A DNA stretch of 64,000 bases, taken from NCBI GenBank assembly GCA_025603075.1, contig MU626298.1, positions 1 through 64,000 on the forward strand, written 5' to 3'. The translations under genes and the position numbers were made by a program. Below, in pieces: positions 27,708 to 40,850 of the stretch (positions within the stretch are counted from its first letter, which is position 1; each line of letters opens with the position of its first letter). The stretch is from Neoconidiobolus thromboides FSU 785 (taxonomy: Eukaryota > Fungi > Entomophthoromycota). The notes beneath the pieces were generated by a model, which had not been told where the DNA came from, did no database searches, and was given only the letters and a program-made list of their open reading frames with translations.

Positions 27708-28965
27708 TGAAATTAATCTATAAAGGTGGGAGCTTCAGATTTGCCTTTTGAAACAAAAGTAAAAGCATGGATTAATTTAGTGAATTATTTAATTTTCGAG
27801 GATTTGAATTTCTAAATTAGAAAATTATTAGTCATTTTTTTAAAGCTAGGTTTATTGTTTGGGGGTTTAACTTTTGATCAATTTGAACATTTCTTATGGT
27901 TATTTAAAGCAAGATCAAAAATTATTTTAATTAAAAATTAACTCATTATTGTTTAAAAATAATTCAGATTTCCCCAAAATTTCTATAAGTCTATAAATAA
28001 CTATATTTAAATAAAAATAAGATAATCAATTATATGTAAAAGCTAATCAGTATACATTTTTTCAATTATATAGTTTTTTCTGTATTCAAATATTAAAAAT
28101 ATAAGTCAGAATTATATTGTTAATTTAAATATTCGTTATATGAAGCATTAATAAATATTGAAAGTCAAATATCATCAATCAAAAACAATCAAATATAAAA
28201 AAATAAAAATTTAATTTAAATTTATGGAAAAAAGTAACAAGGTAAATCTTCACTAATTAATATTGTAACTGGATTTGTTTTTATTATGGTTAATCGTTTA
28301 TTAATGTTATAAATACTAGTTCAATACTGTAGAATGTTAGTAGTTTCATGATTATCAGTAGCATATATTTTTATTTATACTTACCAATAGTATGTAAAAG
28401 TAATAAAATCAGAATATGAAATTAAATAATAAATTGGTATATATAAACAATAAACTTACACAAAGATTTAAAGCAGCTTATAAATTAAACATAGGATTCT
28501 AAAAATTAATTACAAAATCAAAATTAAAAGCAAAGCAAACTTAGTGTCTTGTTTGAAAAATAAGTTTCCACACTATGAGTTGGTATTCTACCATTAAAGT
28601 TATTTAAATTTATAATTAAATTACCATATTAATAAGTTTTTACTCCTTTTTATTGAATTAATAACTCACGCCTTCTTAATCACGTATTCATAAAACAAGC
28701 TTGAACTGTTTATACCCCTTTAAATAATAAGGATAAATATTACCTCCGAGATTGGCAGGCGCAATGGTTGTGAAGCTTCGAATTCCTAATGTTGATACGA
28801 AATAAAAAATCTATAACACGTTAAGAAGTATATAAAATAAATCAAATTTCAAAGCCCATTATACTGAAGTTTAAGTGTATATTACCATTTATTTTATTAT
28901 ATAAAGTAATACCCAACTATTGGATAATAAATATTGATTTACTATTACTTTACCAAGCCATCAAC

Positions 28966-29703
28966 CTATTTTAATTTGTTACTCTTCTCATTGATATTTG
29001 ACTTGGTTTTATCTTTGGTATGATCGGCCTTGTTCTTAGCATCCGTTTTAAGATCATGAGCTTTATTAGATGCTTTATTAGCAGCCTTATCAATGGTTTC
29101 GTTAGAAATGTTAGTATTCTCCTTGAGTTTGGAGGCAGCAGTACCGATAGCTTCTTGTGCTGATTCATAAATCTTCTCTACCTTTTCTTTAACAGCACCT
29201 GCTACATTTTGAGTAACTTCCTTAGCGGCATCAGTGAAGTCACCAAGGGTTGTTTTGGTATTTTCAACAGTTTGATTGGCCTTTTCCTTTAAGTTCTCCT
29301 TAGCTTCATGAGTCTTATCAGCAGCGGTTCCTGCCAAGTTGTTAGCTTTATTGACGATATTATCTTTAGCCTCCTTAGCTCTATTAGATGCATCATTTGC
29401 AATCCCCTTTGCTTCCTCTCTTGTTTCGCCTGCTACTTGATTGGCTTCTCTTTTTAATTGATCAGCCTTCTTATTAGCGGTATTAGTAACTTCTTCAGCT
29501 TTGCTTTGAGCTTTATGTTTCAATTCATTGGCCTTATGTTTAGCATCATTTACAGTACTATTTAAATCAGAATCACGTCTCTCCTTAAGGGAATAGAGGG
29601 TAGTGTGTAGGCTTCTATTTTTTATAAGGTTAATTGAAGGGGAGCCAACAGAAACAAAGGTTTGGGTTTTTGGGATAAGTTTAATAATATTGCGTGAGTA
29701 CAT
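28966..29703 (-). CDS. LEA group 3-like hydrophilin with predicted mitochondrial presequence
   Basis: A/K/E/N/T-rich body with ~11-residue periodicity. The first ~40 aa are basic/hydroxylated with no acidic residue and end in RSLHTT. Confidence 0.72.
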   Translation of the reverse strand: MYSRNIIKLIPKTQTFVSVGSPSINLIKNRSLHTTLYSLKERRDSDLNSTVNDAKHKANELKHKAQSKAEEVTNTANKKADQLKREANQVAGETREEAKGIANDASNRAKEAKDNIVNKANNLAGTAADKTHEAKENLKEKANQTVENTKTTLGDFTDAAKEVTQNVAGAVKEKVEKIYESAQEAIGTAASKLKENTNISNETIDKAANKASNKAHDLKTDAKNKADHTKDKTKSNINEKSNKLK

Positions 29704-29769
29704 AATTGATAATTTTTATTTAAAATTAAAGGGTTAGTATGTTTGATTTATATACCCTTTTCTTTGATA

Positions 29770-29779
29770 ACGTCACATT
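29770..29779 (-). promoter_or_regulatory. AATGTGACGT (ATF/CRE-like) motif with TATA box upstream of the LEA-like gene
   Basis: Motif 67 bp upstream of the ATG; TATATAAA on the minus strand near 29746-29753; identical 10-mer at 47541. Confidence 0.35.
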
Positions 29780-29961
29780 TAGCTCATAAAATTAATTCAG
29801 TTTAACGTTTTATGTCTAGTAAAACTTTCGTCATCCAATATGTCATCTTATGTCACTATTTAAATGAATTTCAAATTTTGTTCTTTTGTAACTATAATCG
29901 ATCGATTGCCTACTTTTAAAAATTTTAAAAATCTTATATCAGTATGTGCTGTCAATATTAA

Positions 29962-30034
29962 GCTCCCTTGGCCTAATGGATAAGGCATCAGACTTCTAAT
30001 CTGAGGATTGCGGGTTCGAGTCCCGCAGGGAGTG
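29962..30034 (+). tRNA. tRNA-Arg (anticodon TCT), intronless
   Basis: Full cloverleaf: acceptor GCTCCCT/AGGGAGT, D-stem GCCT/AGGC, anticodon stem TCAGA/TCTGA with loop CTTCTAA, T-arm GCGGG-TTCGAGT-CCCGC. Confidence 0.97.
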
Positions 30035-30483
30035 TTTTCTCCTCTTTTTGAAAGTTAGTTATTGAAGAAGTGGTTAAGATACATTGAATACACACGGCAT
30101 GTCTAGTCATCAGCTGGAGCATTGTTTGTAATCTAAATGTTATGTCCTTGACAATTTGTCATTATTATTTAATAAAAGAATTTTTAAGAATTTAAAAAAT
30201 CAGATATAAACTTTCAAATAAAAACAACTTAATTTATTTGATATGAAATCTAATAATATTCAAAATCATATTAGATGTAAATATAGTTTAAGAAAAAGTT
30301 ATAATGCAAGATTTAGCTATAGAGTGATACGTCAACATTGGTATACAGTATATCATTCAAAGCTGAGCTTAACAGCACCAGTTCACAATAATAACAAACA
30401 CCACAATTGGTCCGATTATGACATTTAATAAAATTTAAACTAAATTATGTTAATAGTTTTGTATAATCAGAGAATTAGTAAAA

Positions 30484-30590
30484 ATATGAGGATATTTTTT
30501 GGTTTCATTACTTTTTCCATTTTTTGAGCGCTATTTGAGCGGAAAATTTATTAGCAAAATTCTTAAACAAAAAAATACATCGCCAAATAT
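30484..30590 (+). mobile_element. MITE family copy c
   Basis: ATAT-GAGGATATTTTTTGG...GAGCGCT...AAAATACATCGCC. It explains the spurious ORF 30499-30720. Confidence 0.88.
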
Positions 30591-30917
30591 TAGAAAAACA
30601 GAGGTCTTTGAATCTTTACGAATGAAAGCGCTTTTAACTGCTACTCTGAATTTTGATACTTTGATTAAAAACAAACTAAAGCAGCTTTTAAAATCGCTTT
30701 ATTTGTCCATACAAATTTAATATCAAAATAAGTTATTTATTTCTGGAATGCTTTATAGCCAATCTATAAATAAGGCGTGTGGCTTTGATCTTTGAATTTT
30801 TTACTATAGCTGAATACCATGATGCTGATAATTCTCAATGTAATCTTTCAATCATCAAAACACTTGAGGTTTAAAGTATACTAAATTTGAATTATTGAAC
30901 CATCAGTTATATAGACA

Positions 30918-33238
30918 TTAAACTTTAACTTTAGAACAAATCAAATCAAATCGTTTCCTTGCTGTTTCTAACCCTTCATCTGCTGCTTTTTTATAATATT
31001 TCAAACATAAGTTTAAATCTTTATCAATTCCAAAACCAATTTCGTAGCATTGTCCTAACTTAAATAATCCATTGGGGTCATTCTTTTCTGCTGCTAATTT
31101 AAAATGATGATATGCTTTACTATTATCCTTTTGAACCCCATGTCCTTTTGCATAGCATTTACCTAAATTAACAAAAGCTTGAGCTACTCCTTGTTTTGAA
31201 GATTCTTTATACCAATAAATAGCTTGTTCGAGGTCTTTTTTAACACCCATTCCTAAATGATAAAACCTGGCTACATTGTTTTGTGAAAGTTGATTTCCAC
31301 TTTTAGCGCCCTTCAAATACCATTGAAAAGCTATCTGGTGATTTTTTTCAACCCCAACTCCTAAATCATACATATACGCGAGTTGATGATATGCTTTAGC
31401 TGATTTATAGTGTGCTGCTAATTCAAAAAGTTCTTTAGCTTTTTCATGGTCCATTACTTTACCAACTCCTTTTAAATGCATTTTACCCAAGTAATATATC
31501 GCTTCTGGATGCATCGCTTTCATTGCTTTCTCAAAAAATTGGCCTGCTTTTACTACATCTTTTCTTATTCCAGTCCCCTCTTTATACAAATAGCCTAATT
31601 TATAGTAGCAACGTGTATCATCAAATTGAATCCCTTTATAGTATAGCTTTATAGCATAATCAATATTTCCTTCAACTCCTAACCCTTTTTCATAGATATT
31701 TCCTAATCTATAAAGTGCGATTGGAATATCTTGTTTATTATTGTTATATTTGATACTATTGTTATCATTATTATTATAATCTGTATTATTATCTAAAACA
31801 TTAAAATGATTTAAATACTTAGTATATAATTCAGCTGCAGTTGAATGGTTTAAATCTAATCCTGATCCTGTTTCATAGCAATATGCTAAATGTATATAAC
31901 TTTGGACATAGCCTTTTTTACTTAATCTATGATAATTGTAAACTATTTCTTGAGGCTTTAACTTCGGCCCGTTGTTTAATCGAAAATAGTAGGCTTGAGT
32001 GATTAAAAATTTGGCTTGTAGATGGTGTTGAGATGCTGCTTTTTCGAGCCACATTAATCCCGTCGTTGTATTCTGTTCTCTTCCTAATCCAAACAAATAT
32101 AATCTTCCTAATAATATAAATACTATTATTAAATAATTCAAATTTTACTACCTAATTGATACTGTGCTTCTGAATGATGATGCCAAGCTGGAAAATCAAA
32201 TAAGTTTGCTGCTTTAATGTATTCTTTCATTTCCAAAAATTCTAAGCCTATTTGATAGTATATCTTTATTTCATTCTCTAATATCTCTTGTTCCTCTTTC
32301 TCATTTATTAATGAAGTGTCAGTTTGATTTAATTTAGAAGCAAAGTCTACGCTGCTCAAATATTCACTGTTCAGGTAAGGTTCAAGCATAGTCAGTATAT
32401 AGTTACAAGTAGGCCGTATTTCAGCTTTCTTATCCACACAATTGATTATTAAAGTCCGAATTGTTTTTGGTAATAATTTCATTTTTTGGTTCCATTCTTC
32501 GCAATTGACTATCTCATCAGTATTTTGATTACATGGTTCTTCTGATAATATCTCATAAATCAGAATTCCTAAACTGTAAATATCTCCTTCCATACTCCCT
32601 ACACTATAGTTGATCTGCTCAAACTCAGGTGCTTTCCAATATAATTCTTCGCGTGTTCTTTGGATCTTTATAGTATTGTTAATATTGTTAAAACAAAATA
32701 ATGAAATTACTTTTTCTCTAGTATCTAACTCGTCCAGTAGCTTAAATAACCCAATATCCACTAATTTTGGAACGAATTTATTATCACTGTCCAAATGAAT
32801 ATTAGAACTGGTTAAATTTCGATGTATGATATTATTCTGATGTAAATAATTCAATCCTATCCCAATCTGGTAACAAAGATTTAACTTCTGCTCTAGATTC
32901 CAAGTCGAAATCTTCCCTTCCTTTAGCATTATATCCAATTCTACTGTGCTAAAATATGGTTTTAAAATAAAGAAATGATTGTCATGATTCAAATGAAACC
33001 AAGTGAAATTCTCAATATATTGATTATTCTGATTTCTTAATAGTGTTTGTATCTTTTGTAGTTCGAAATAGTATGCTGATAAGTTTAAATGCAGCTTTTG
33101 ATTCTCTTCCCCTGGATATCTTTGCAGCTCTTTCATTCTTCCTTGGTACTCACATTTGTACTGTGTTCGATAAACAGTTTTTGATAGTATTTGTCTGTTT
33201 TGAAATAACTCCCATTTCATTTCTTTCATTTCTTTCAT
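30918..33238 (-). CDS. TKL-like pseudokinase fused to Sel1-like repeats (one intron near 32107-32150)
   Basis: Kinase subdomains HRNLTSSN, DIG, WKAPE, DIYSLG. Splicing into the 407 aa ORF adds about 8-9 SEL1 repeats (LGxxYxxGxGV..DxxKAxxxY..AA). Confidence 0.88.
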
Positions 33239-33934
33239 TTAAAGTCCTTGTTAATTTTTCCTTCGACTTGAGTTTTTATACTTAATTTGACGTTATATCA
33301 CATTTTTTGATAGTATAACTAATAGTAGCTTATAAGAACTATTATGCCAATTAAGTAAATACCCCGTTTTGAAAGCAGAAATCAAAAATAAGGTTCCTTA
33401 GATTATCCTCAATAGAACAATAATTGACCATGATTTATCAGTAGATTTTATATTGTATACTTTGAGTATCCTTTTTGTGACAAAAATTTGATTGTTTTAT
33501 CAAGTTTTGTTACATAAAAGGGGTAAAACTTCGAGACTAAAAATGATATCCACCTATATATTTTCATTTGTCAAATTAGATTTTCAAGACCTTATGAATT
33601 ACTTCATTTATAAAGGTTCTACTAAATGGCACAGAATAATTTTAATTAGATTTTCCACTATTTAGTGTTAAAAAAATGTAATCTGTCAGTTTATTTACAA
33701 GATTAACATTATTCTAAAATTTTTGATATACATTACCTTTTGTCGCAGCTTTCATCTTAATTATTTGATCAACTTTATAAATAATATTACTCTATCGATT
33801 TCTTTAATAAGTTTTTCTTTTAAAATCGAAAATTCAATATATTAGATGATCTAATAGCTGAAGTTTTAAATTTCTTTGTAGAAATTACTAACCTCATCCC
33901 AAAATAAAACACTTGAGGATTCCACTCCTTCAAG

Positions 33935-34040
33935 ATTTGGGGATGTATTTTTGTATTTAAGAATTTTACTAACAATTTTTCCACTCAAATAGCGCTTAAA
34001 AGATGGAAAAAGTAATGAAGCCAAAAAAACATCCCCATTT
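33935..34040 (-). mobile_element. MITE family copy d (ATTT TSDs)
   Basis: ATTT-GGGGATGTATTTTTG...AAAAAAACATCCCC-ATTT; the flanking 4-mers are direct, not inverted, repeats. Confidence 0.9.
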
Positions 34041-34247
34041 CCTAAAAGAAAACACACTAGCCTTCAAACAATTTTCTTGTCACCTTTTTATTTAAACTTC
34101 GGGTAATTTAATAAATAGATGAACAATATACTTTAGTCAGCTTTTGGATATTTCTAATGGCTTTTAATAGTACCATCTAATGAATAAATTGAAAAGCAAA
34201 TTGTTAACCAAGCATTAGGAAATAAATACTTTTATTTCTATTTCAAC

Positions 34248-34350
34248 ATATGGGGATGTATTTTTGTGTTTAAGAATTTTGCTAGCAATTTTTTCGCTCA
34301 AATAATGCTTAAAAGATGGAAAAACCAATGAAGTAAAAATATTCTCATAT
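34248..34350 (-). mobile_element. MITE family copy e (ATAT TSDs)
   Basis: ATAT-GGGGATGTATTTTTG...AAAAATATTCTC-ATAT. Confidence 0.88.
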
Positions 34351-35365
34351 TTTATCCTTTAATAAATTTTCTGTAGTTTTAACTTTAAAGGGGCAGGTTG
34401 CTTAAAAGCCTGTAATAATTAATAGCTATATTCTAAATAATAAATATGTATATAATAAAGTACATAAAATGATGATATAATTTATCATTTGAGGATATAA
34501 GTAGTTTAAATAATTAAAGATCAGTATAAATGAATTTGTTATACTTTTAATTAAGAAATAATTATCAAATAAAGTATATAGTACTGTTTTTAGTAAAATG
34601 GATATTAAGCTATGAAAATAGGGCTTTTGATATTGGTAATAGCGTAATGGTTTCTGATATTGATAACAAATGTAAAGTACACTTAAATCGGGGATTTTTT
34701 CGGGAGTTTATCCATAAATTCATGTTATCATTTAATTCTATTCAAAGACGGATTAGTTTAAACCTGGGTTCCCTTTTTTCCTCACATTTGATTCAATGTG
34801 AAGCTAAGAATTGGGGGTAAATACTATGAAAGTAAATATTTTATTAATTTATAAAATTTAAATTTAAAGTGTTGCTAGTTAAAGATAGAGGCAAAAGAGT
34901 TTTTGTACAAAATCCGCATCTTTGAGTCTATCCTAAATTGGAAAAATTGCTCAAGTTTAACCAGATTTACAAATTTATAACTGTTGCAGTTCTTTTACAA
35001 CTTATCTAGCAGCGGTTTTTGTAAGCATATTATTTGCACAGCTATAATTTACGCAAAATCTTGTGATTACACAAATTTTAACATAGTTTTTTTTTAAATG
35101 TACTGTTAGATATATCGAAAAAAGCTTTAATAACTCTGTAATCATGTTTTTGCATAAGCCTAAACTGAAATTAATTTTGTTTTTCCATTCCAGCATTTGT
35201 TTGAAAAGCATTTGCATTGATATTACTCAACTTGCATAAATGGTAATTTGATTTCGGATAAAGACGTCAGTTTTTTAAAATTAAACTACAAAACATAGAT
35301 ATCAATAGACATGGAAAATGATATATAAACATATAAAAATTTTCAACTGATGATTATCTCAGAAA

Positions 35366-36943
35366 ATGATTTTTTATACGATTTCATTACTTTTTTTATC
35401 ATTATTATTATTTAGTACCTTTGCTATCTTTTATCGACCCAAACGATACCGACATCTAAAAAAGATTCCCTTTTATGGTTATTTAAAATATGCGGCATCT
35501 AGTAAATCCATCGTTGAAAGATTTGAAGAGTTATATCGACCAAACTTAAATAAAGAAGGCTATACCCTTCTTTGGCAACCAAGAGCATGGAATTTAATAG
35601 TGACTGATTATAAAATTATTAAAGAAGTTGTGATGAATACCAATGTTTTCCATAAAAATCCAGTAAACCAAATTGATTATGGTCAATTAAACTATAAGCT
35701 TTTTGGTAAATCAAATATTGTTTTATCAGACAAAACAGAATGGAGACACCATCGCAAGTCAGTTAACCCAGCTTTTAAAAAATCTTGGGATACAAAAATT
35801 TTTGCCGAAAGTGGGTATGAGCTTATTGACAAAATCGAATCTCGAAATAGGATACCTACAGATATGAATGATATGTTTCAGCAATTGACTCTAGATGTTT
35901 TAGGTCGTGGTTTATTTAGTTATGATTTTTTTGCTCTAAAGAATGGCGATAAAGATAAAAACTTACTTTATTATAAACAAGCTATGTCTGGTATTTTTAA
36001 TCTCATTTATATTACATTTCCTTTCCTTGACATCTTCGCGCCTAAGCTTATAGACTCACGTAGATATGTTCATCAGCAAGGTCAATGTTTTAGAGTTTTC
36101 TTGGAAGGAATTATTGATAGTAAACGAAAGGAAATTGAATCAGGTGTAGTAAAAGATGATATTGTTTCTTTAATGATCCGTGATTCTATGGAAAATGAAG
36201 TAGATGGTTTAACTAATGAAGAGATTCTAAACAACCTGACCGTTTTTTTCCTTGCTGGCCATGATACTACTGCCAATACTCTCACTTCAACACTATATTT
36301 TTTAGCTAAAAATCAAGTAACTATTATTCGTTGTAAATTTCTATAAAAATTAATCCCCTTATTAGGATATTCAAGATAAAGCTCGCCAGGAAGTTTTAAA
36401 TGTTGTAGGAGATTCAGATGAAGTTAAAGCCCCAACTAATGACCAGGAAAAAAAGTTGCCATATATTGATTGTATCATCAAAGAAAGTATGCGTATCTCT
36501 CCAACTGTAAACCAATTGAGAAGACACGCTTCTAAGGATATAACCTTAAGTGATGGTACACAAGTTAAAAAGGGGGATATGGTTATGTTACTTGTATATC
36601 TCCATCATCGAAACCCAGAGTATTTTCCAGAACCAGAAAAGTTTGATCCTGACAGATTTAAAGATCCTCATGGTATTGAATCCTCTGTGTGGATGCCATT
36701 TGGGATGGGAACAAGAACATGTAAGACTAAGCTTAATTATATAAAGAAATATTAACTTATTTTTCAGGTGTTGGGTTACACTTTTCTTTAATAGAGCAGA
36801 GGGTTATACTTTCAATGCTGTTGCAAAAGTATACTATTCGCCTTGGGCCTAATTGTAAACAATGGGAAACTCCAAAGTTTAATTCCAGTGGCTTTTTACA
36901 TATAGCCGGCGCAGATATAGCTTTTGAACCAAGGCTTAAATAA
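35366..36943 (+). CDS. Cytochrome P450 (3 exons)
   Basis: N-terminal anchor, I-helix AGHDTT, ExxR (ESMR), PDRF, and heme motif FGMGTRTCVG after splicing. Confidence 0.94.
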
Positions 36944-37943
36944 ACATGATTTGTTATGATAAATTATCTATTTGAATATGAGCTCACCAATATTAAATGT
37001 GAATATAGCATGTATTTAAATAATTACCCAACTGCCAATAATCTTTTTGTATATAAAAGAGTACTTTTGTTATTTATCATTTGTTTTAACAATATCTACA
37101 CGTTTTATAATTAAGCTTTATAACAAAATCAATTTATATAAGTTTAAATACTATTTCATCTTTGTTTTTCTTCCATTTCTTGTTGACTTTTTAGTACCAG
37201 AATTGATTTTCAGGTTACTAAACTACGGGCTTAATGATTGGCTTAATTTGTTAAGTTTTATTAGTTAGAACTTTCAATGGTTGAAAAATAATTAAACTAA
37301 AAAACTGAGTCAAAAATTAAACTATATATTAATTTTCTAGCTTAATTTTTCAAATTAACTTTAAATTTAACCAATGATTTAATTAGTACTTATTGTCCCT
37401 GAAAGGCGCTTTCAGCAGACTAAAAAATTAAATTTTGATGCCTAAGAGGTACTCCCAGGAAGCAAAAGATTAAAAGGTTAAAGTATTTTAGCAATCCTTA
37501 TTATTATAGTTTAAAATACTGTTGTAATTCATATTATGAGCTACCATTGTATGCTTTCAAGTCAACTAACGTTTTTAAGCTTAAAAATATATTCTCTAAT
37601 CGTTTCGCTTTACAAACATAAATAAAAAAGCTTATTAAGGTATTTTTGAATGAGTTATTATAATAATTCTATAGTTATTACAATGTGTCCTTAATAATTG
37701 TTTCTAATATATCTTTATTAATCAACTGTAAAATTTGTCATCTTTAACAATCTTTTTTATTTTCTTAAAGTAGAAATCTCATGTGTCCATGTGTCGAAAT
37801 TTAATAACGTGGTTATGGATGTTATTTTTTTATAATCATTTTCAAAAAATTGCAGCAATTAATAATAAAATAGCCAATAATAAATAACTGTCATTAACAT
37901 CACACATAAATAAATTTACGCATTTTAATATTCATTTCTTGTA

Positions 37944-39485
37944 ATGGGATCGAATATAGGACTATATATAATTTTGGGAGTAGTATTGTTGGTTATTTTA
38001 GGTTTAGGAACCAAAAATAAAGTGCCAGAGCATTTAAAGGGCATTCCGAAACTAAACTTTTATGAAATCATTTTTTCTCTTATAACTGGAAAATCCTTTA
38101 TAGAAAGGTATAATAAATTAGTTAAACCCAAATTGGATAGGATGGGATGTGCCGTTTTTCAAAGGAGAGGGAAATGGGGATTGACATTAACTGATGCTTT
38201 ACATCATAAAGAAGTATATAATAAGAGTAATATATTCTTGAAGAAAAACCCCGATGAAAATTTAGATATGTTATTAAGTAATCAATTTTTTGGTAAAAGT
38301 AATCTTTTGTTTTCTGACAATATTGATTGGAAACGTCATAGAAGAATTGTAAATCCGGCATTTAAGATTAGTTGGGATATCAATTTTTTTTCAAAAGGTG
38401 CACTGGAGCTTATTACTAAGATTGAAGCTAGTCCAAAAATTGATATCCATGAAGAATTAGTGTTATTAACATTAGATGCTTTAGGTAGAGGTCTATTAAA
38501 TTATGAATTTAATGCTTTAAGTAAAGGGACAGATTTTAATCTGAAATTGTATCAAGACTTAATGAAGGCAGTAGGGAATCCAATATTTTTTATGTTCCCG
38601 ATATTAGAAAAAATAATACCAAGTCGCAAAAAGTTTTTTAAATTAAACCATCAGTTTCGTGACTTTTTAAAAGAGGTTATTGAAAAGAAAAAAATGGAGT
38701 TAGACGATAATAAAAACGATTTGATTAGCCTAATGTTAATGAACTCTACACAAGATGTAGAAGATCCGCTGAGTATGGATGAAATGATAAGTAACTTGGT
38801 TATTTTCTTTTTAGCTGGTCATGAGACAACTGCTAGTGCATTGACATCTTGTTTATATTATTTGGGAAAAAATACTGTAAGAATATATCTATTGTATTAA
38901 CGATTTGTTAATAACATTATAGGACATTCAAGACAAGGCAAGGAGAGAAGTTGAAGAAATTATAGGAAAAAAAGAATTCTCGATTCCAACGTTTGATGAG
39001 CAAAAAAATATGAAATATCTCACCAATGTAATTAAAGAAAGTATGAGGATAGTTACTTCTATTAATGAAGTCCGTAGATACTGTAATGAAGACCATACTT
39101 TTTATGATGGATTGAAAGTTAAGAAAGGTAATTTTGTTGTATTGCAGGCCTGGTACCTTAACCATAATGAAAAATATTTTCCAAATCCAAATATATTTGA
39201 TCCTGAAAGATATTCAGATCCAGACCAGGTTTCAAATTGGCTTTCCTTTGGTACCGGTACAAGATCATGTAAGCATTTTTTGTCATTGTCTTATTTGTTA
39301 CTAATGTTTTAGGTGTTGGTACATCTTTCTCTTTAATAGAGCAAAGGGTAGTTTTGTCAATGTTACTTCTTAAATTTGATATCAAACTCGGGCCTACCTC
39401 TAGACTATGGGAACAGCCCAAATTAGCAGTTAAAGGTTTAGTTTGTATTAAAGATTTAGATCTTATTTTTACGTCGAGAAACTGA
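37944..39485 (+). CDS. Cytochrome P450, tandem paralog (3 exons)
   Basis: AGHETT, ESMR, PERY, FGTGTRSCVG; same two intron positions as the upstream P450. Confidence 0.94.
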
Positions 39486-40488
39486 TAAGGAGTCATAATA
39501 TCAATTTATGTTTGTATTAAATATATCAATGTAATTAGCTATTTATATTAAAATAAATAGCTTTCTTCGTGAATCCCTTCGGTTGGGCAATAAGCTGTTT
39601 TTATTTTTTATTGAGAGAGTATATGCTTCACAAAATTAACAAAAAGTCAAGATAAAAGATAAAAATCAAAGGTAAAGGAGAAGTATATAAATAAGTAAAT
39701 AAATGAAATAAACAGATAAAACTTTGTTGAACCTATTGGAAATTTTAATAACATATTTGAGCGCTAAGAGCTTTTAACTAAAACATTTGTTCTAAACTTT
39801 CACAGTCTTATGTATTTTTCATTTTAATACAGAGTGCACGCAAGTTCTACGATCATTTTTAAAATGGTTATAACTATAGTAAGAAATAAAATAAAAAGAG
39901 ATTATGGGAACATTATGTAATTAAGTTTGAATTTTTGTACTAGTTTTTGTTCCGATTTTTTGTTTCTTACTATAGTTATAATCATCTTAAAAGTGGCTAT
40001 AAAACTTATGCGCACACTACAATTTGATGCTTTAAAATATTTAGTTACAATGTATAAAGTTATCCAAAGGATCAGCTTTTTGTTTTCTTATATAAGCAAT
40101 AAAGCAGGATAAAAAAATAATTATATTAATAAATGTCCCATTCTTAATTTTTTTGTTTTTTCACAAGAAATATAGTACAAATGCTGCAAATATTAGAATA
40201 CAAGATAAATAATTAGGAGTACTTTGTGATTTTTTTAGGTTGTTGAAAAAGATTAATGGCCATTAAAAAGTTGAAATATTATAATAAAGTTGAAAACAGC
40301 GTAATTGTTTATCATATTTATTAAGTAATTGTTCAACTATATCAAGGCGTATAAACACTAGATCAACATAATATTCAATCCAACCAATTTTATTAATTTA
40401 CTTTTTCAGCTACCAGAAAGCAAATGTTTGGCTTTAGTTTTGGGATTATAACTTCTACTTCCTCTAAAACCAACAATTGATAAAATAC

Positions 40489-40591
40489 ATATAAGGATAT
40501 TTTTTTTGATTTCATTACTTTTTCTATCTTTTAAGCGCTATTTGAGTACAAAGACTGTTAGTAAAATTCTCAAAAAAATACACTCCCATAT
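40489..40591 (+). mobile_element. MITE family copy f (ATAT TSDs)
   Basis: ATAT-AAGGATATTTTTTTTG...AAGCGCT...AAAATACACTCCC-ATAT. Confidence 0.88.
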
Positions 40592-40743
40592 TCATTTATG
40601 TGGAATCGGTCTTTGGATGTCAATCTTCTTTATATCATTTATATTGAGATAACCGAGAACACCATCAGACCAAACATCTGGACCTATTCAACTTAAGGCA
40701 TCATAATCATCTCGACTCCTTCTTGAATTTATCTCTAGTGTAA

Positions 40744-40850
40744 TATTGAGAGTGTTTTTTTTGACTTCATTATTTTTTCCATTTTTTAAGCGCCATTTAA
40801 GCGGAAAATTTGTTAGTCAAATTCTTAAACACAAAAATACATCCCCATTT
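40744..40850 (+). mobile_element. MITE family copy g
   Basis: GAGAGTGTTTTTTTTG...AAGCGCC...CACAAAAATACATCCCC-ATTT. Confidence 0.88.

Noticed and set aside
30499-30720. Small ORFs sharing LFPxFxRYLSGKxxSKILKxKNTSP (also 33866-34057, 61741-62088 and the end of 40817-40999)
   Set aside because: The shared peptide is just translation of the MITE, not a protein family.
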